Shown piece by piece: positions 46,834 to 49,365 of a stretch of 49,365 nt of DNA. Position 1 is the stretch's first letter. The number at the start of each line of letters is the position of its first letter. The translations under genes and the position numbers were made by a program. Source of the stretch: a virus (lineage: Duplodnaviria; Caudoviricetes); IMG/VR virus record IMGVR_UViG_3300048848_000232, positions 1-49,365 of that record; one strand, 5' to 3'. Below the pieces are notes generated by a model that had not been told where the DNA came from, made no database searches, and worked only from the letters and a program-made list of their open reading frames with translations.

Positions 46834-47033
46834 GCATCGAGCCTTGCGACCAAGTCACCGGGCTCGATGGTGCCGTCCTCATGAGACCAATGACCATTCC
46901 ACCAGTCGGCAACGTACCACTTCGTGCCGTCACCGGGGACGCGCCGGTCGAGCATGACGCGATGACCCTGGTAGTCGGTGAAGACCATGTCAGGCATGAG
47001 TTCGTCGCGGCGTTCGTACCAGTCGATCTGCAT
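46830..47033 (-). CDS. Hypothetical protein (first gene of the right-arm operon)
   Basis: 67 aa, coupled to the MTase gene. Confidence 0.65.
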   Translation of the reverse strand: MQIDWYERRDELMPDMVFTDYQGHRVMLDRRVPGDGTKWYVADWWNGHWSHEDGTIEPGDLVARLDA

Positions 47034-47050
47034 TTCGCTTGCCTTTTAGT

Positions 47051-47141
47051 TGGTGGCACCTATTTAGGTGGTGGCAACAAAAGCGTCAATAGGTGGTGGC
47101 AACAAAATGCACGGCTCGACAGAATTAATGGTGGCACCTAT
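47051..47141. promoter_or_regulatory. Four TGGTGGCA operator-like repeats overlapping a leftward promoter
   Basis: TGGTGGCACCTAT x2 (47051, 47129), TAGGTGGTGGCAACAAAA x2 (47065, 47090); minus-strand TTGACG-N17-TAAATA. Confidence 0.75.
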
Positions 47142-47310
47142 CAGGCGCGGCGTGGGCCGAAACCGAATCAATGATCCTGACGAGAAGGTCACCGCGCGCT
47201 TTGCTGCCGGGACGCTCGATCGCATCAAGTCGTCGCTGGGGCCGAAAGAGCCGCAATCCGAGTTCCTACGAATCGCCGTCGAGCGCGAGCTAGAGCGGCG
47301 CGGGAAGTAG
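47128..47310 (+). CDS. Ribbon-helix-helix (Arc/CopG-like) regulator
   Basis: KVTARF...LDRIK...QSEFLRIAVERELERR; start could be 47107. Confidence 0.7.
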   Translation: MVAPIRRGVGRNRINDPDEKVTARFAAGTLDRIKSSLGPKEPQSEFLRIAVERELERRGK

Positions 47311-47412
47311 GGAGTGGGCAGTTCCCCCATTCCGCGTAACGCCTTGAAATGCCACGCCAAGAACGAACAGTGAATTGTGGGACGGGCCGTTGATAAACAA
47401 CGGAAATTTGTG

Positions 47413-47454
47413 TTCACGGCTGAAGCACGGGTTCGATTCCCGTAGGGGTCACCA
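47413..47454 (+). other. att core: 3' half of tRNA-Glu(TTC)
   Basis: TTCACGGCTGAAGCACGGGTTCGATTCCCGTAGGGGTCACCA: anticodon onward, T-loop and CCA, with no 5' half. Confidence 0.85.
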
Positions 47455-47455
47455 A

Positions 47456-47473
47456 CCGCCACTTTTGTGGCGG
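47456..47473 (+). terminator. Hairpin after the tRNA fragment
   Basis: CCGCCAC-TTTT-GTGGCGG. Confidence 0.5.
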
Positions 47474-47538
47474 AAACGTGTGGTTAAGCCATTCTTTGCT
47501 CTTCACTGGTACAGCAACCTGGTACAGCGAGCACCGAA

Positions 47539-49365
47539 ATGGCACTCATGGCGACACCCTGGAAGCACCCGACCACCGGTTTTTATTATCTGCGTCGGCA
47601 GATACCCGGAAAGATGCGTCCCGCGTTCGGCGGAAAAGCGCTATGGAAGGTGTCGCTCAACACGAAGAGCGCGGCCGAAGCCAATATTCTGTTTCTTCAG
47701 GCCAACGCGGCTTTGGAGCAGCAGTTCGAGGAGATCCGGGTTCGAATCAAGGCAACTGGCGAACCGCTTCCTTCGCAGCGTGATCGGGCCAGTGACATGA
47801 TCGCTGCGTACTTTCAGGGCCCCGAGCGCGATGCAGGTGGGTTGGATGGTACGGAACGCCTTCTCCTGGCTCGCCTGGAGATCGACCGCGGACTTTGGAA
47901 CATGACGCCCACCGGGTGTTCCCCGGTTGCGGCGTCGAGTATCGATCAGTGGTGGGCGCTTGCAAACAACGCCGCTATGTTTCGCGACCATGGCGGAACG
48001 CGTCGGCCACCGCAGGGGCATACGCCTGGGTCGATATGGCGATGGAGTGACGATTCCTTCCAGCCACGGGCGAAGGCGAAGCAGATCGAACGCCTTCTCG
48101 AACAGGTGGCGCGTCACCACGACATGGAGCGGCGCGACCTGCCGGCGCCCATCGCGGACGCAGCTATCGCCTATCTCAATTCGATGCCGGTAGAGGTTCC
48201 GAACACGCGAAAGCGCCGGACCGCTACCGGCCGTCTTCGTCCTGACCTGCGGCTGATGGAGTTGTTCGACAGCTGGAAGCTGGCGATGCAGCCGACACTG
48301 CAGACCGCACACGAGTACGAGGGTGCGGCCCGGGACTTCGTGGATTTCCTCGGGGACATTCCGGTCGAAGACATCGAGCAAAACGATCTCCTCGATTATC
48401 GCGACGAGGCGCGCCACCTGCCTTCGACTATGCCCAAGGCTGATCGCGCCCTTTCCTTCACGGAGCGGCTTGATCGTCATCGCCGCTCGGACGCGGCACG
48501 CATTGGAGCTCCGACGCTCAAGAAGCGGATAGGTGGTATTCAGGCTCTGCTGAGTTTCGGCAAAGGCCAAAAGTGGATCAGCCGCAACGAGGGCCGTGAC
48601 GTACCCGTCGTGGGCTACACGAAAAGTGGAACGCTATCGCGGCAAACATTCCAGGAGGACGAGCTTCGCCTGCTGTTCACCAGCCGCTTGTTCACGGCCC
48701 CCCTGCTGTGGAAGCAAGATCGTGCCGCGAGCGACATGACGCTTTACTGGCTGTTCCTTCTCGGGCTGACGACTGGAGCGCGCCTTGAAGAGATTGGTCA
48801 AGCCATGCTTGCAGACGTCAAAACCAACGATGCCATAATGTACATCGATATCGACGACTACGCGGCTACCGACGATGAAGATAAGTCGATCAAGACCGGT
48901 CCCTCGCGAAGGCTCGTGCCGATCCATTCAAATTTAATCCGTCTCGGCTTCGACCGCTACCTGAAAGCTTTGGTCGCTGCAGGCCATACGCGCCTGTTTC
49001 CGGACCTCATGTCGAACCAGTTCGGCAAGCGCACGAAGGAAGCGTCGCGCATCGCCAATAGGATTATCGATCGCTATGTCTCCAAGGATGCCCGGCTGGT
49101 CTTTCACAGCTTCCGCCACGGTTTCAAGGATCTAGCGCTTGAAGCAGGCGTCCTCGAGCGGATCGTCGACCAGATATGCGGCCATGCGCCGACGACAGTC
49201 GGCGGCAATTACGGCCAAGGCGTTCGTTTAACGGTGCTTGATCGAGAACTCCATCGGCTAGACTGGTCGTTTTTGGACTGGGATCGGCTCGCCGCCGCGA
49301 GCCAGGAAGTTAAGTGGGACACACTTGCCGCAGCCATAAATCCCGCTCGGAAGAACCGATCCTGA
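47539..49365 (+). CDS. Tyrosine integrase with DUF6538-like N-terminus (second integrative element)
   Basis: YYLRRQIP...SLNTK N-terminus; TGARLEEI, IKT, FHSFRH, CGH, NYG. Confidence 0.9.
   Translation: MALMATPWKHPTTGFYYLRRQIPGKMRPAFGGKALWKVSLNTKSAAEANILFLQANAALEQQFEEIRVRIKATGEPLPSQRDRASDMIAAYFQGPERDAGGLDGTERLLLARLEIDRGLWNMTPTGCSPVAASSIDQWWALANNAAMFRDHGGTRRPPQGHTPGSIWRWSDDSFQPRAKAKQIERLLEQVARHHDMERRDLPAPIADAAIAYLNSMPVEVPNTRKRRTATGRLRPDLRLMELFDSWKLAMQPTLQTAHEYEGAARDFVDFLGDIPVEDIEQNDLLDYRDEARHLPSTMPKADRALSFTERLDRHRRSDAARIGAPTLKKRIGGIQALLSFGKGQKWISRNEGRDVPVVGYTKSGTLSRQTFQEDELRLLFTSRLFTAPLLWKQDRAASDMTLYWLFLLGLTTGARLEEIGQAMLADVKTNDAIMYIDIDDYAATDDEDKSIKTGPSRRLVPIHSNLIRLGFDRYLKALVAAGHTRLFPDLMSNQFGKRTKEASRIANRIIDRYVSKDARLVFHSFRHGFKDLALEAGVLERIVDQICGHAPTTVGGNYGQGVRLTVLDRELHRLDWSFLDWDRLAAASQEVKWDTLAAAINPARKNRS

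Larger units (their letters stand above)
1..47454. mobile_element. Temperate siphovirus-like prophage, apparently intact, integrated at tRNA-Glu (left att presumably just outside the window)
   Basis: Full ordered set of integration, immunity, replication, packaging, head, tail and lysis modules, bounded on the right by a tRNA 3' fragment. Confidence 0.95.

Noticed and set aside
47051-47141. GGTGGCA repeats as a mini-CRISPR array
   Set aside because: Repeats are 13-18 bp with very short, irregular spacing, overlap a promoter, and have no cas genes; better explained as operators
47380-47454. Intact tRNA-Glu gene
   Set aside because: Only the anticodon-to-CCA half is present; no 5' acceptor strand or D-arm upstream

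Overview
This window holds an apparently complete temperate, siphovirus-like prophage (about 1-47454) in a high-GC alphaproteobacterial host. The host assignment is inferred from the tRNA-Glu fragment and a GAAC-N7-GAAC LexA box. Gene order: tyrosine integrase/excisionase; a leftward early operon of mosaic accessory genes with a YqaJ exonuclease; a lambdoid cI/cro switch with five 16-bp operators; a C5 DNA methyltransferase, RusA-like, helicase and primase genes; terminases; DUF1073 portal and head genes; tail genes with a G-GGA-AAC frameshift site and tape measure; a moron cluster; tail tip and an SGNH tail spike; GH19 lysis cassette with spanins; and a leftward right-arm operon with an N4/N6 methyltransferase. 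The prophage ends at a tRNA-Glu 3' fragment (att). A second, unrelated integrase follows at the same site (tandem island). Most notable observations: (1) a DUF3800 moron with a structured RNA-like element overlapping its 3' end; (2) a second methyltransferase subunit nested out of frame inside the C5 MTase gene; (3) a small-protein/membrane-protein/HIRAN trio coupled to cI in the rexAB position; (4) a repeated late-promoter motif CGCGCA-N6-TTGC-N18-GTAAC; (5) a LexA-box-controlled Zn-ribbon gene; (6) a second repressor/operator switch controlling the right-arm operon; (7) early genes built from shared DNA modules. All family calls come from motif recognition by eye; no searches were run.
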